DNA of 64,000 nt from Podarcis gaigeae (lineage: Eukaryota). The translations under genes and the position numbers were made by a program. This document shows positions 49,258 to 62,667 of the stretch, in pieces (positions within the stretch are counted from its first letter, which is position 1; each line of letters begins with the position of its first letter). Under the pieces are notes generated by a model that saw only the letters and a program-made list of their open reading frames with translations, had not been told where the DNA came from and searched no databases. The DNA lies in NCBI GenBank assembly GCA_964106915.2, contig OZ066919.1. One strand, 5' to 3'.

Positions 49258-50847
49258 GTAGACATCTGCCCTCTTCCCACCACCCTTACTAATCCTTTGC
49301 TTTGTCTGTTTCACATCCACTGTTTCATCTTGTTAAAAACAGTAAGCATAAGTCTTCCTCCCCAGACTAATCTGGCTTTTGGATATTGCTCTGCCTACCT
49401 AGCCATTGGGGTGTCCTAAACTCCTTTAACCTTCTCTTGCTGTTATATTTAAATAAATGGCTTCACAAGTAAGGTGTGACAGAGTTTTAGAAAATTCCTT
49501 TTCAGTGCATTTGGTGTTCCAAGATTTGTGGGGTTATTTGCCCCCTATATTGATCAAGGATGTGACATTACCATGAGCTGACTCTAGTTCCTTGGCATAA
49601 TCAGCATGCTCTATAAACCAGTTAATAAGGCCTTGCTCTGAGCTGTTCCCTTTTCAGTGTCACTGTGTGTGCCCTACAAAGGTCTCCCACTGCTTGCTGA
49701 CTTTGGTGTCTAGCTGATTCTTAGTAAATCTAGAAGTAATGCTGTTACAACAGAGTGACACTGACTTTCAGCAGGAGGCAGGAACCAAAGCAAAGTCTTA
49801 GGCTTATTTCAACAATGGTCCCCTTTGGTGATAAATTCAAGTTGATGCAGGGCTCTTATTTCAGATGCTGTAATGTGGTGGCTGCTTTATAAATGACTCC
49901 CCACTTCATGCATGCATGTGCATACAGCTGAACAAACTTTTGTTTTCTCCCCTCACAGCACAGAGAGCTCATGAGGCACCATGGTAATTGTGGCAATTTC
50001 TCCCTTCTAACAAATAGACTTGTGCCGTCAGGCAAAGTAAAAAAATCCTTTTCAGGGTGCTATCAACAGTGTCTCCAGGTTAATCATAAGTGCTTTGGGC
50101 TTCTGATGCGTTTGAAAGAGCAACCGATACACACACCTCTCTGCTGAATTGCCTGCAGGATTGCAGCACAGTGCTCCTTAATACCAGGCTGAGATGTTTC
50201 TGTTTCTGTTTAATACCCACTCCCCATGGCTTAGTTGCCCCAGAAAACACATTGCAACTTTAAGAGGCAACACCATATGAGGTTTTTTGGTTTAATGGTA
50301 GCCACTGGACATCACTGATAACTCTTCTTGTCATGCCAAAATTTTCTGTAAATGTCTCCCATTTAATCACTGAGCATGTTCATCTCTGCTTAGCTAGTGA
50401 AATCTACTAGGATAAAAGCCTAGGGTGGTGGAGCTGCAGGCATAAATATAGCATGAAGAGACAACAGTGTATTTTATTGTTCCATTAACACACGCCTGGG
50501 GGGCCTTCAGCCACTCAAGACAAGTATTAATGGACCAATAAAATTCACCCTGAAGAGCCCTTACCCTATTATATTACAACTCTTCACATTTTAAATAAAT
50601 TTTTTAATACTTGGCAAAATCTTAAGTATATTCATCCACCACAGGAAATAGTTCCCAACACTGGTGTGTGGAAGATGGAAGTGGAACTGGAGATTTTGTA
50701 AGCCTGTGTCTGGCTCTGGGGAGGGGGTTACCAGTCCCCCTTACAGCTAGGTGCATTATTGAGTCTGCTACAGGGACATCTTGAAGCTCGCTGCCATTTG
50801 GTCCATGCCCAGATCTACCTTCTGAGCTGCGCCTTCTCTTCCTTTAG

Positions 50848-50963
50848 GAAAAGGGCCAATTCACCCTCCGCCAAGGATGAACATTCCATTGGCCTGAAGG
50901 ACTCCTTGCTGGCCCATTCCTCTGATCCTGTTGAAATGAGGCGACTCAACTACCAAACACCAG
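50848..50963 (+). CDS. PTPRF: Juxtamembrane cytoplasmic exon (116 nt)
   Basis: ctttag|GAAAAGG...ACACCAG|gtaggt; RKRANSPSAKDEHSIGLKDSLLAHSSDPVEMRRLNYQTP. Confidence 0.96.
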
Positions 50964-52939
50964 GTAGGTACCACTTGATGACCCTACAGGGGCCCGTGCT
51001 CCTTTAACTGGCAGAAGTCTGTGATAAGAGAGCCTCTTCTTCCCCTTGCAGTGTTGTGTGCACCTTCTCAGGCTAGGTTCAGAGGCCAGTGTGGCTCAAT
51101 ACACTGTCGCTCACATGTATATCTCACATTGGCAACAGTCAGAATGGGGATGGCAGGCTTTCTGTTGGCTCAATAGCCTGACCATGCATGCATCACAAGG
51201 AGCTGGAAGGCATAGCGTGACAAAAAACAGGCTATAATGGAGGCCTTGTCATGATTTATCTTATATTCCATAGATAACACTCAGTTTTTTGGCCCAGATC
51301 GTGCTCTCCAGATATGGCCTCAAAATTAGCCAGCAAAAGGAAAGTCCAACATGCCAGTAGGTCCATTGTCAAGTAGCAGATAGGCAGGTTCATGATTCTG
51401 CTCCTGCAGTGCTTCCAACTCTTTAGGTACGTTGCAGTTGTAATAGATGCTGCTTAGCTGTGTTGGCAAAACAATCTGTCTTCAACAGAGTCTATTTCCT
51501 AGATTTCTTGCTTTGTGGAGGGCCTCACATCCTCATCTGAGGCAGGATGTGGTTTGCATTCTATCGTGTTAGAGTTGAAGCAACCTATTCCTTCCTTATT
51601 TAGATTGTGGGATTCATGAAGGCTATTGAATGATGTTAGCGGTAAGTGGGGGCTTCTAGCTCAGTACACCCAGACTCTACCTAGCAAGATGTGACCTGTA
51701 TTCCTTTCCCACAAAACTATTTGTCCTCCTATAATAGATTTTGGGGGGAAAGCAGTTGCAGGAAGCGAATTGGAAGCTGTGTCCTGTGACTATGTGCAGC
51801 GCTGCTCTCTTGTCTCTCAAGGCTTGAATCCTTTACCTCATACTGCCTTGCAGATGGGTCAGAGGACGGGGGCTTGTGTAGGTTGTACGCACACAGCTTG
51901 CAGAATTGGGAGCACGACCCACCCTATTAGTGTAAAGTCATTATTCCACCAGATGGTTTGCAGAGTTCAACATGACAGGAGAGTTAGAGGTCTAGTCCAG
52001 AGGGGTCACAGAGAGAAGATAGAGGCATGGACATGGTGCAGAGTTGTAGGTGCTAACAAGGGATGTTGGACAAAAGGGAAGCTTGACAAAAGAAAGCGAG
52101 TTAGCCTCATAGTGTGTACGCAATCCCCCATACATATTCTCAGGCATGACCATACTTGCTGAGCTGCTAGCTTGAGCTTTTGCACCCTTTTATCTTCTCA
52201 GGTGCCCAGTAGGGAACAATCAATGTACAAAAAAAGTTCTGGTATTATTGTTCCAGCCTGAGACACTTAGTTGCCTCCACCTAGCCTCACCCTCTTCTCT
52301 GATGGATGGATGCCTTCTGTGGGCCAGACAGCAGCAACTAAACCCTGAGCAGTCTCATAGTTGATATCCCTTCTGGCAAATGTAGAGGCAGGAAAGGCCT
52401 TGCTCAGTACATAATTAATCAAGCTCCTGTTATTAAATATTAAGCTTATCACTTTAATAGTTTCCACTTCAGACACAGGTTCTTGTGTGAATTGTCAGCT
52501 CCTTTGTTCTCATGTTCCATTCTGCAGACTTGTGGCAGGTCAGGCAGGGTGATGTCGTTACTAAGCGATTGGGTGAATTTTGACTACACCTTGGTTCCAA
52601 GGCTCTGCTGCTGTCTCATGTAGGAGGGAAGCATGGTCTTGGAAAGCAGCATGTGCTGGGAATAGGAACTCTGTTTCCTGGCCAACAAGCAAAGCCATCT
52701 ATCATGTCTATTGTGGGGAAATCCTCTTTGTGAAATAATCCTGGTTGTACTTGGTGCTTGTCTTAATACATCACCCTCCATGCTGCCACGTGTGTAGCAA
52801 GCATCAAGCTGCAATTCCCATCCCTGAATGTAGGAATGTGAAGGTTGTGGTGGGGATTTTTGTGCTGCCCTTTGACCCTCCTCTGTCGCATCTTTAACTC
52901 TTCCCTCAGCAACAGCTAATGGGATTTCTATTCTTTCAG

Positions 52940-52972
52940 GTGCCAGTGGCCCCAGTTGCCCGAATATCTCAA
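52940..52972 (+). CDS. PTPRF: 33-nt juxtamembrane micro-exon (LASE-a type), gives TP-GASGPSCPNIS-SMRDH
   Basis: tttcag|GTGCCAGTGGCCCCAGTTGCCCGAATATCTCAA|gttagt; phase 1-1; PSCPNIS motif typical of this LAR insert. Confidence 0.9.
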
Positions 52973-53580
52973 GTTAGTTTTCTCTCCTCCTCCTTTTTCT
53001 TCTTCCTCACTATCTTTTCCCCGCCTCTTTCTTTCTCATCTTTTTTGTTCAGTGTCATGAAGGTCAACCTCACTCACCACAGACTTAGTGCTAACCCTTC
53101 TCTTGCTAGTGAGCCAGGCTGCCCCCCACAAACTAGTCTCTGGTGCTACTCACATACAATGCTCCAGCCTGCATGTGAAGAAAGAGAGATTAACACATCA
53201 CAGTTTTCCAAACAATGAAATTCCTAAATCAGCCAGCAAAATTGCAATCTTGACTGAGCACACGAGGCTGCAGCAGCTCTTTCTTTGGTATGTTATAGGA
53301 CCCCAACTTAGGGAAGCGAGGCCTGGCTGCAGTTGCAAAGGATGCACTTATATCATGTGGAAGCCATACAGCATCTCCTCCAAAATGAAAAGGAAGTGTT
53401 CTCTATCCAAATGTAGTTCAGCAAGCTAGGACTTGCTCATCTCCTCCATATGCTCCTCAGCCACTGTTTTGCAGGCAGCACCTTACTGGAATGCCTTAAA
53501 CCCAAATGTATTTATTTAGGCATTCATTCATTCTTAAATCCAGTTATACACAGGTATAAAAACAATGACATTACTACTAC

Positions 53581-53629
<49 letters not shown>

Positions 53630-53981
53630 CAACCCTTCATCCAAGGGTCACAAGGCAGTTTACAATATAAAACTACAAAAATACATACTATAGTAACAAA
53701 CAAAAACCACACACACAGTTTAAAAGGTCATAGATTGTCTAATTAGCCAAAGGCCTGGGAGAAAAGGAATGATTTTGCCTAGTGCCTAAAGATATGTAAG
53801 AAATGCGCCAGGTGAGCCTCCTTGGGGGACGGCATCCCACAAAGGGGGAACCACCACAAAAATGGCCCATTCTTGTGTTGCCACCCTCCGGACCTCTTGT
53901 GGAAGATGCACATGAAGAAGGGCCTCAGATGATGATTGCAGGGTCCAGGCTGGTTGATCAGAGGAAAGGTGGTCCTTGAGG
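53581..53981 (-). mobile_element. L2-like LINE 3' fragment with (TAT)n tail
   Basis: (tat)n then aaggcctgggagaaaagg...ggcatcccacaa...ccaccacaaaaatggccc...aagggcctcagatgatgattgcagggtccagg; minus frame PPLWDAVPQ. Confidence 0.7.
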
Positions 53982-55390
53982 TGCAATACAAAATAATACA
54001 TGAGAGTAGCGGAAATTAAAATTTACAAAACCAAGTCCTGCAGATAATTCCATAAAATCCCAACACTTAAAAATGTTTGTGAAAACAAAAAGGTTTTGAG
54101 CTGATGCAAAAAGGATAACTCCATGGGCACTGACCCTTGATGTGGGACATCAAAAGGGGACTTTTGTTCACATCTTAACAACCAGGCGGGACAGTACTGG
54201 GAGTGGTGCTCCTTCAGGGGTCCTGAGTCATGCAGGACTTAATAGGTCAGTGATAGTACATTGGATTGATCTCAGAAATGTATTGGAAGCCTATGTGAAT
54301 CCTATAGAATTAGAATAATATGATTCCAGGTGGTTGACCCACTAACCAAATGGGCTGCTGCATTTTCCTCTAACTGCAACTTCTGAAGCATCTGCAAGAG
54401 TAGTCCCTCATGCAGCTGCTCTTTTATTCTTTTGCTCTCTCTGCCTATGTCTTAATGAATGTGAAGTGCAGTGTGTCACCTACAAATACTGTCTTAATTT
54501 TCTGAGCTTCTGGTGGACAAAGGAGAAGGATGGGATTTTGTTCTATATTGTGCCTGTAAAGTTTACTTTGGCTCTGGCCTCCACGGCAAGAGGAAAATGC
54601 GGGGGGGGGGGGAGGAATTGCTGCAGATTTTACTTCCTATTGATACTTTGAGAATTGCAGAGGAACAGAGATGGGGTTTAACTTGTAAGAAGAACAGATC
54701 CTGTCTCTTGATTAGGGGCTGGTGTAAGTCTACTTTGTGAGATTGTGCATCATTGCACAGTCATCAAACTCAAGAAGGCTAGTTGCACAAAAGCTTACTT
54801 TCCAGACCCTCTTTGCTCCCTACCTATCACTAGGCAAAATATTCTTTGATAAGGAATGGTTTTTAATTGCCCAGCTTTTAGATACAGGATTTCTTGGTGC
54901 CTTTCTTATAGATTCATGGCTGTGAGTGCTTAAGACTTGTCCGCTGCCTCAGTCACTGAGAACATGAGAGTGGGCTGTTGAGAGATACAGAAAGTGGTCC
55001 CAGAGCCCAGTGAACAATGCTGGCATCTGTTCAGGATCTCTGTATCTGTACTGTAGTGTGCACTGTCTGAATGGAATGCAGGGCGCAGACTCCTAGGGCT
55101 TTGTACTTTATTGCCTAGGCCCCTTCCAGCCTCAGTCCATACAGCAGTATCTTCACCCTTTTTGGCCTGGTATTATATGTAGAAGCCATCTGGCTGGTCG
55201 CTGTCTCATCAGAGCATGCACACATACATTGTGCCATTGCGTGGGCACTGCATGCCACGTTTCCTCACTCATGTTCCATCCATCGCGCCACATTGCCATT
55301 TGGTCTGCTGTGCGCATGTGCAGGAACACTCTTCAGGTGTGCAATAACTTCTTACCCTGCTACCTCCCCTCCTTATGTTTGATCTGGTAG

Positions 55391-55488
55391 GCATGCGTGA
55401 TCATCCTCCCATTCCAGTGACGGACCTCGCAGACAACATCGACCGACTGAAGGCCAATGATGGACTGAAGTTTTCCCAGGAATATGAG
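55391..55488 (+). CDS. PTPRF: Wedge-region exon preceding phosphatase domain D1 (98 nt)
   Basis: tggtag|GCATG...TATGAG|gtgagc; [32 protein letters not shown]. Confidence 0.96.
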
Positions 55489-55535
55489 GTGAGCCTGCTT
55501 GGGTGTTTAATCTTGGATCTGTATTCTTCCAGACT

Positions 55536-55597
55536 CAGGGGTCGACAACCTGGTGCCCTCCAGATTTCTGGACTGCAACTCCCATGAGCCCCAGCCA
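55536..55597. mobile_element. Half copy of hAT-MITE just downstream of wedge exon
   Basis: caggggtcgacaacctggtgccctccagatttctggactgcaactcccatgagccccagccag. Confidence 0.55.
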
Positions 55598-56486
55598 GAG
55601 AGTTAATGAGAGTTTAGAATGTGATTTAGAATGTGATTTAGAATGTCTCGATAGCACCGGAATGGTTGCTTTTGACCCGGACAATAGTTTTGTCTGCAGC
55701 TCCTCAGCCCAACCTAACATTGCAGAACTTACAAAAGAATTCTGCCCATAACTGCCCTATATGCTGGAAAAGAAGTGTAAAATGTAATGTGTGAACAGTC
55801 AAGTGTAGACCTGTTTTGCTTCCAGTATATAGAGAAATATAGATATAGATTCTCACATTATGTTTTGCACACTTTCTGTTAGTTATTAATTGTACTGGAA
55901 AATGTTACCGTTTCAGTAGCCTCGGAGTGCTGTTTATGCTGTGATGGAGGCCAAAATAGTGGTATTGAGAGTCCAGGAATTATGGTGGCTTTTGCAGGCA
56001 AACTCCTTTCCACGATGAACCATTTACTAGGCAGATGATTAATTTGAAAAATTGCTATGTTGGAAAAAGTTCCCTTGTAGCTATTAGAGTCACAGTAGCA
56101 GGATAAATGTTTTCCTGTGCTTGCAGCATGCCCAGTAGGGCCCACTTCAGCTGTGAGGGGCTTAAATCATAAATAAAACTCTTCTCATATGTGTAGAGGG
56201 GGAGGATAAATTGAGGAAGTGTCCTTTTCATGCATTATTGGTCCTGCTTGAATTGTTATCTTCTTTTGCCCCTGACCTCCCCTTGCAGCAGCATATCTCC
56301 CTTGATTCAGGGGATGTGATACAAGCATTGCCCAGAAGGCAAGATTATAGAGGCCAGGGAGAAGCACTGGCTGGCTAAAGGCTAGCATGTGAAAGAGGCA
56401 CCAAAGCCTAGTAAGGTTTGGAAAGGCTGTTAACCACACACTGCTGATCCACAGCATTTAGCAGGGAAGGACACAAAAAAGGAGTA

Positions 56487-56969
56487 CCATATTTTTCGCC
56501 TTATAGGACGCACTTTTTCCCCTCCAAAAATGAAGGGGAAATGTGGGTGCGTCCTATGGGGCGAATACAGGCTTTCGCTGAAGCCTGGAGAGTGAGAGGC
56601 TCTCACTCTCCAGGCTTCAGGAAGCTCTGCGCAACCCTCCAGAGGGTCGCGCAGAGATGCCTGCCCTCCCGGGGTCCATGCAGCTCTGCACATCCCTCCG
56701 GAGCCCGGCGCCAAGCCAAGCCGGCCTCCGGAGGGTCGCACAGAGCTGCCTGCGCTCCCGGGATTGGCGCAGCTCTGCGCAACACCCCCGAGGCCGGCCT
56801 CCGAAGGTTGGCTCCCGTTCTGGGGGCTGGGGTCGAGGGAAGCTCGGGCTTCCCCCGCCCCAGCCCTGCGCCTGGGGGGGATAATTTTTTCCCCTTTATT
56901 CCCCCCCCCCCAAAAAAAAATCTAGGTGCGTCCTATGGGCCGGTGCGTCCTATAGGGCGAAAAATACGG
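56487..56969. mobile_element. Tc1/mariner (pogo/Tc2-like) non-autonomous element, TA TSD
   Basis: 27-bp TIR CC(A/G)TATTTTTCGCC(T/C)TATAGGACGCAC with 2 mismatches; TA at 56485-56486 and 56970-56971; GC/CpG-rich interior. Confidence 0.9.
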
Positions 56970-59900
56970 TATGTTTTCCAGGAACTCCCAGCTGGGTGAG
57001 TGCTTATGAGGCTGTTAGCCTGCCAGGACCCAAAATCCCACATGCAAGCCCATTTCTAATTGGGCTCTTGTTTTCATAGATCATTGTGACAAGATCCATT
57101 TTTTTCTGGAGTGTGGTACAAAAGAGGACCATGGACAGCATTAGCTGCAATAGTATCAGGGCTGGTGGGGGGTGCTGAGTGTTCTCACTCTTATAGGGGG
57201 CTTCAATCACACTTTAAAGAACACACTATCTCTTAAAAGTGGTCATTAGATACAATTCTGACTTGCAACCTTCCAATCCCTCTCTCTCAAATTCCAGTTT
57301 CAAGTAAACATCAGCTGCATTTACCATGATTAAGTAGCTATTAAGGAAGGAACTAATTTTGGTATATGGATTTTTCTTGGGGATTCTGCTGCCTTGTACC
57401 CCTGTCTGAACCATTCATCTTTGTTAAGTCCAGGGCAGCCTGAGTAACAGGAGAGGATTTTCCCACTAGTGCAGAGAGAAGTCGTACTGAAGCAATACTC
57501 ACTCAGAAGGTTGGAAAATAAAGAAATAACCCTTTATTGTTTTTTGTCCTTGTCACTACTGGAGAAAACTTGAACTTTCAGGCCTAGCAAGCAATTTGAT
57601 ACCACAGGCACTCTGTTAGGGCCATGGCAGTGTGGTGTGGAAGAAGAAATCTACAATAGTAGGTAGATGATTCAGGAGCAGTCTTGTGTATCTAAGCTGA
57701 ATAGTGGAAGAGCAATATAGTGCTGAGATGTGGGGGGTATACCAAGACATTGAGAAGGCATTCTGCATCACAACACAGATCACAGTTTTTCCTCTCCCAG
57801 ACAACTCAGTCTAATCCTGTGAGTTCCTGTGAGCCCTGTGGTTCAAGAACCCAACTAATTGAACTGGGTTTGCAGCTGGCTGAAGCAGCAAGAAGGAAAG
57901 GGGAAGCAGTTTGGATCAGCCCTTGAGGCTATTTGTGTGCTCATTAATTTGGGTAGAATTGCATGTTACGTTTCTCACACAAACCTAGCCGCAAAACCGC
58001 TGCATAAAGGACATGCTCAAAGCCATAGGTAATGCAGAGATCTGCATACTTAATACTTCAGCCACAGGGATGGAACAGCATTAGGAGTACCTGCTCAGGG
58101 CAAAACCTAGCTCATAGGCAAAATAAGAAACACTACAGTTCCTAGCCTCAACTTCAGGACCTCAGGGGTAGTAGTAGAGAAAGTGTGGTCAAGCACTGTG
58201 CCAGCAGCCTGCAGAGGGTGTAGCTGCGCTAGAATTGGGAGCGGAAAAAGGATTTGCCCAGCAAAACAGCTGCCTGGTGCTGCCAGTGCTGGTTATGAGC
58301 CCTTGTGGATCTCAAGTCAGTGTGTCATTCTCCATGTGACTTGCACAGACCGTAAGGAGTGGAAGTGGCTAGCTCATTTTTGCTCTTGATAGGTCTGGAT
58401 GTCAAACCACAGAGAGAGCATCTTTAGCTCCTACAGCACACTGAACCTTGGAGAGAATTTACAGCCAGGGATTAATAGAATTAAATAAGCACAATCACGC
58501 TAGCATGTTAATTATTTATCTACACTTGCTGTGCTAGAGCAATGCTTGTATTTGAGCTCCTCCTGTTGGACTGTTGCCTGTACTGCAGACAGGCTGTGCC
58601 CACAAGATACTCAAAGCAGGTGGTCTGCCAGACTGTGGATAAATATTAGGCAATTTTGAGGTGGGGCCAGTCTTCCTCCTCGGCTCAGTGAGTGAGCAAG
58701 TGAGATTCCTTCTGTCACCGACTAGCGAGCTGGAGTGCTTCCTCCTTCTCCTCCCCCTGCACGGTCGCATGCAAATAGGAAGCAGATGCTGTGTGTTGTG
58801 CAGTAAGTGAATTAGCTAGAGCTCTTTTCCTTATATCTGTCAATGAGATGAGAAGACTAGTTGGCCTAGTCCCAACATGGATGGTTGGCCTACTCCCAAC
58901 ATTTCCAGGCATTCCATACTCTGATCAGTTAATGGAGACCAGGTATACTTTTGCCATCTACAAAAGCAGTATCTACACTGAATTATTGGACTGTTGTGAA
59001 GAGCTGTTAACCTATCCCTGCCTCACTTTAATCATGTCAGCATAGTTAGTAGGTGGTGGCTGCAATGCTCCAAATAGATCAAAGAGGGCAAAACTACAGG
59101 CCATGGAGCAAGTCCCTCTGTATATGTGTTGTTGTAAAAAGAGGGTGTCCTGTTTCACTCTGAATCATTTCCTTATACACCTTAGAGACTCCTAATGGTT
59201 GTAGATTTTGTCTCTTGCTTCAACTAATAATTGTCCTAACATCTCCATTGCAGAACCAGAAATATCACCCAGCATTTTTGGCACTCAGCATTTCCTTCCC
59301 CTAATTCTATCCTGCTGGATAGATTTACGACTCCCAGACTGCCATGCACCCTTCCTTATTTGGGAAGCCACAAAGAAGTCAGTTACTGAAGAAGCCCTGC
59401 AGATTCTGCTTAGCAACCACCTGCTAAGGCAATATGTTCATTGTTGCCCCTTGAAATGATAATGAAAGACTAGCAAATGCTTCCAAGCATCTGAGCTGCA
59501 TCTTTTCCAACTCTTCCTTTCCAACCATCTGCCATAGCATTAGAACCTATCAGACACTCTAGCAAGGTGCAGATATTTAGTTGTATGGTGATGGTTACAG
59601 CTAGAAAAGAGCAGTGTGGCTTGTTCCTTACTGTATCGCCTTTCCCCTCTCCAAGTATCCTGCCATGCCTCCCACTTCCAAAATCCTCCTTGGCCATCTG
59701 AGCACAGAACAAAGACCCCACTGGGGTTTGCTAAGAGACTGCCTGTCACTTTAAGAGCTCAAAGCAAGTATGACAGCAAGTGTGCAGTAGCAACATCTCC
59801 TGCCCTGCTAATTAATTTTCTCACCTTTCTCTCATCTCCTGTAGCAAGCAGGGTGCAAGTAAGGGAAGAGATCATTGGAGCAGGAGGTACATAACTGCAT

Positions 59901-61259
59901 ACTCAGTCACTGCCATCAAGCTCCTGTGGCAGCGAGGGATTTCTGGAGGGTGAGCTCCTCAGTTATCCCCAGTTGCTTTCCTTCCAGGCATTCATTGGGT
60001 CCATCAAAACTACATGCAAGTTCCCATGGCCGTATCTGCATACTGTGCTGCAATATGTCCTAGAAGTTGGAGGTTTTCAGTGACAGACGTGACTCTGCAA
60101 TTTGACACATTGCCAGTGATTGATTCAGAAGCCATTCTTTTCCCATTTAAGAAGTTTTTTTGACTTTGTATTGGTCAATGGCTGTGTTAACATGGGTGCT
60201 GCCATCATTAATACACTGGTAGTACACTAATGCACTAGCTTGCTATGGTTATGCTAGAGCACTGCCTGGAGTTCAGGGTTTAGGAATCATAACCTCTTGA
60301 TGGGCACAGCAAACATGCTGGAACCAAACCATGTAGCTAGCAAGGTTTGCATCATCCCAGCCTGCTAAAAAAGTAGAGACATTGCCAACTTCTTCTCTAG
60401 CTGTGCTCCTGCACCTTTAACAAAAGGAATATTATCCTTTCAGTCGTTGGACCTGCCAAGAAAAGCTTCACCTGCTGAATTTCTGCTGGCCATACAGGAC
60501 ATCTTCCAGGAAAAAAGTTGACAACTCTTTATTCAAATTGGTGTCTCTCGCCCTCCCTGCCTGAAAAATCCCACCCCATACATACACGCTGCTGTTGCTG
60601 TCTTAGATTGGGTAATATGAGGTTCTTGTTGGGGCCAAATTTCAAGAGTGAATGTGCACATCCCAGTACTGCAAAGCTGTTTTGCCCGTGGACAGAGGAG
60701 AGGAGTTTGGTAACAGTGGGATGAGCCCTTTACTTGGTGTGGCCCATCTGAAAAAACTGCTTGATGGGTTTCAGCTGCATTTGGGGCACCTCTCTTTCCC
60801 TGCCTTATTTACTCATTTGCCCGCCATTAAGGGGGAAACAGGTGCACATTAATTCATCAGCAGAGTTTAAATTAAATCATTTCACTTCTAAACAAGTCAC
60901 TCATTTGCAGGCGTATTTAATTAGCACTTCTTCACTGCCAGGTGGATGCTGCTTTTCTCACCTGTTTGCCCTCGTATGGGGTCGTTGGTGATAGAACATG
61001 GAAGATTTTTCACCTCCGCATTGCAGAGCAAGACAATTGCTGTAGTGGTACTGCTGATGCTACACTCTGGGGGATTGGGTGAAGCTATGCCATCCTCGCC
61101 TTTATCTTCCATGTCATTGCAGCCGTCTCAGTGTGACTCTGACTGAGCAGAGGTGTGTTTTGTGCTTCAGTCTCTACCCTTAGGGCAAGGCCTCCTGGAG
61201 GGTTCTGAAGGAGGCTTTTCTGCACAGAGGTTCTACACAGTCTAAAGTGATGTGGCCCA

Positions 61260-61628
61260 CTTTATATCCCAGTATAGGACCACATATGGCTCACAGAATG
61301 AATTAAAACAAATATGGCTTAAAGACACACAAGCAATATAAGATTTTTTTTAAAAAAAATAAGTATATTAAAAAGAGCACCAAAAACACTCAAAACAATT
61401 TAAAAGCACACACAAAAAGAAAAATGTGTAGAACGCCCACCTTCAGAATACACTGCCACTGCAGCCAGTAAATGACCAAAGGCCTGTCTAGACAAAAAAG
61501 TATTTGCCTGCCAGCTAAAGGAAAGCTGGGTGGGGGGCAGCCTAACCTACTGTGGAAGAGATTTCCACAATCTTGGAACAACCACCGAGAAGGCCCTCTC
61601 TTGTGTCCTCACCAAATGCACCTGTGAA
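61260..61628 (-). mobile_element. L2-like LINE 3' fragment
   Basis: ggaagagatttccacaatcttggaacaaccaccgagaaggccctctcttgtgtcctcacca motif. Confidence 0.55.
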
Positions 61629-61685
61629 AGTGCACTACTGCCCATTCATCACTTTGTATCTTACCAGTGCAATGGTGGTGGTGGG

Positions 61686-61686
<1 letters not shown>

Positions 61687-61746
<60 letters not shown>
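61687..61746. repeat. (TG)n(AG)n compound microsatellite
   Basis: Direct reading. Confidence 0.95.
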
Positions 61747-61750
<4 letters not shown>

Positions 61751-62532
61751 CATCTTCCTACTTGTTTGCTGAGGATATTACCATATTTATTGAAATGTGG
61801 CCTGAAATATAATATTAGGCTTGGGATGGGCTATATTTGCTATGCTTGTCTTGAGCTGTAAAAAAATCCTGCCAAGAAACAAATGCTTCCCTACCATTGA
61901 TTTATTGCAAAGAGAGGATAGTTTACAAAAAACGCAAATGGAATTCCTCTCTGCTGGGGGAAAACAAAAAACATCTGGGTGCCAAATGGACAGGTCCAGG
62001 TAGCTATGGACCAGAAACCTGGCTTGTTTCTGTTATGTGTGACATGTGCTTAGTGTGACTTGAGCCCTAGCCTTGAGCTGCAGAGAGCTGGGCTGTGTCT
62101 ACTCCTGCCACTTTGCACTGCACTGCCTGCTTATTACTCTGATAATAGAAGATTATAGGGTTCCTGTTGGAAACGTCTATTTACATCCTGCATTTCCCAA
62201 ACCACCTATTAGCAGTGCTGTGATGTCATATCCTCCCTGCTGAGACAGTGGAAATCTCTTTTGTGTGCTGCATTGCTCTTCTTTGAAAGGAATACCCATT
62301 GCCACTGAACCTAACATGGGATGCTGTTTTCCTGAAAGGCCTGTGCAATTTCTTGGACTTAAACCTGTCATTCCTCCAAGTGAACCAGCCCGTGTGCGTT
62401 TTTGTTTATGACTGCCTCAGCCTGTTGCTCCTGTAATGCAGTGGGAGAAAAGCCCTTAGACAAGTAAACTTCCCAGCAGTGGTTGGGAGGAGTCAGACTA
62501 GGAGAAGTGCCAACACTACCTATACTGAGCTG

Positions 62533-62667
62533 TTACAGATAGGTAGCCGTGTTGGTCTGCCATAGTCAAAACAAAACAAAATTCCTTCCAGTAGCACCTT
62601 AAAGACCAACTAAGTCAGTTCTTGGTATGAGCTTTCGTGTGCATGCACACTTCTTCAGATACCTCAG
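62533..62667 (-). mobile_element. Penelope-like retroelement terminal fragment with 13-bp flanking duplication
   Basis: ggtagccgtgttggtctg...agcacctt...gaccaac...gctttcgtgtgcatgcacacttcttcagatac is the typical squamate Penelope end (recall); CTATACTGAGCTG at 62520-62532 and 62668-62680. Confidence 0.8.
62624..62663 (-). ncRNA. Minimal type I hammerhead ribozyme motif
   Basis: Minus strand GGUAU-CUGAAGA-A-GUGUG(CAUG)CACAC-GAAA-GC-UC^AUACC: intact core boxes, 5-bp stems I and II, palindromic minimal stem III (AGCU). Confidence 0.8.

Noticed and set aside
56430-56999. Several 60-150 aa GC-rich ORFs
   Set aside because: They lie inside the MITE; stop-poor because of GC content, with no transposase motifs.
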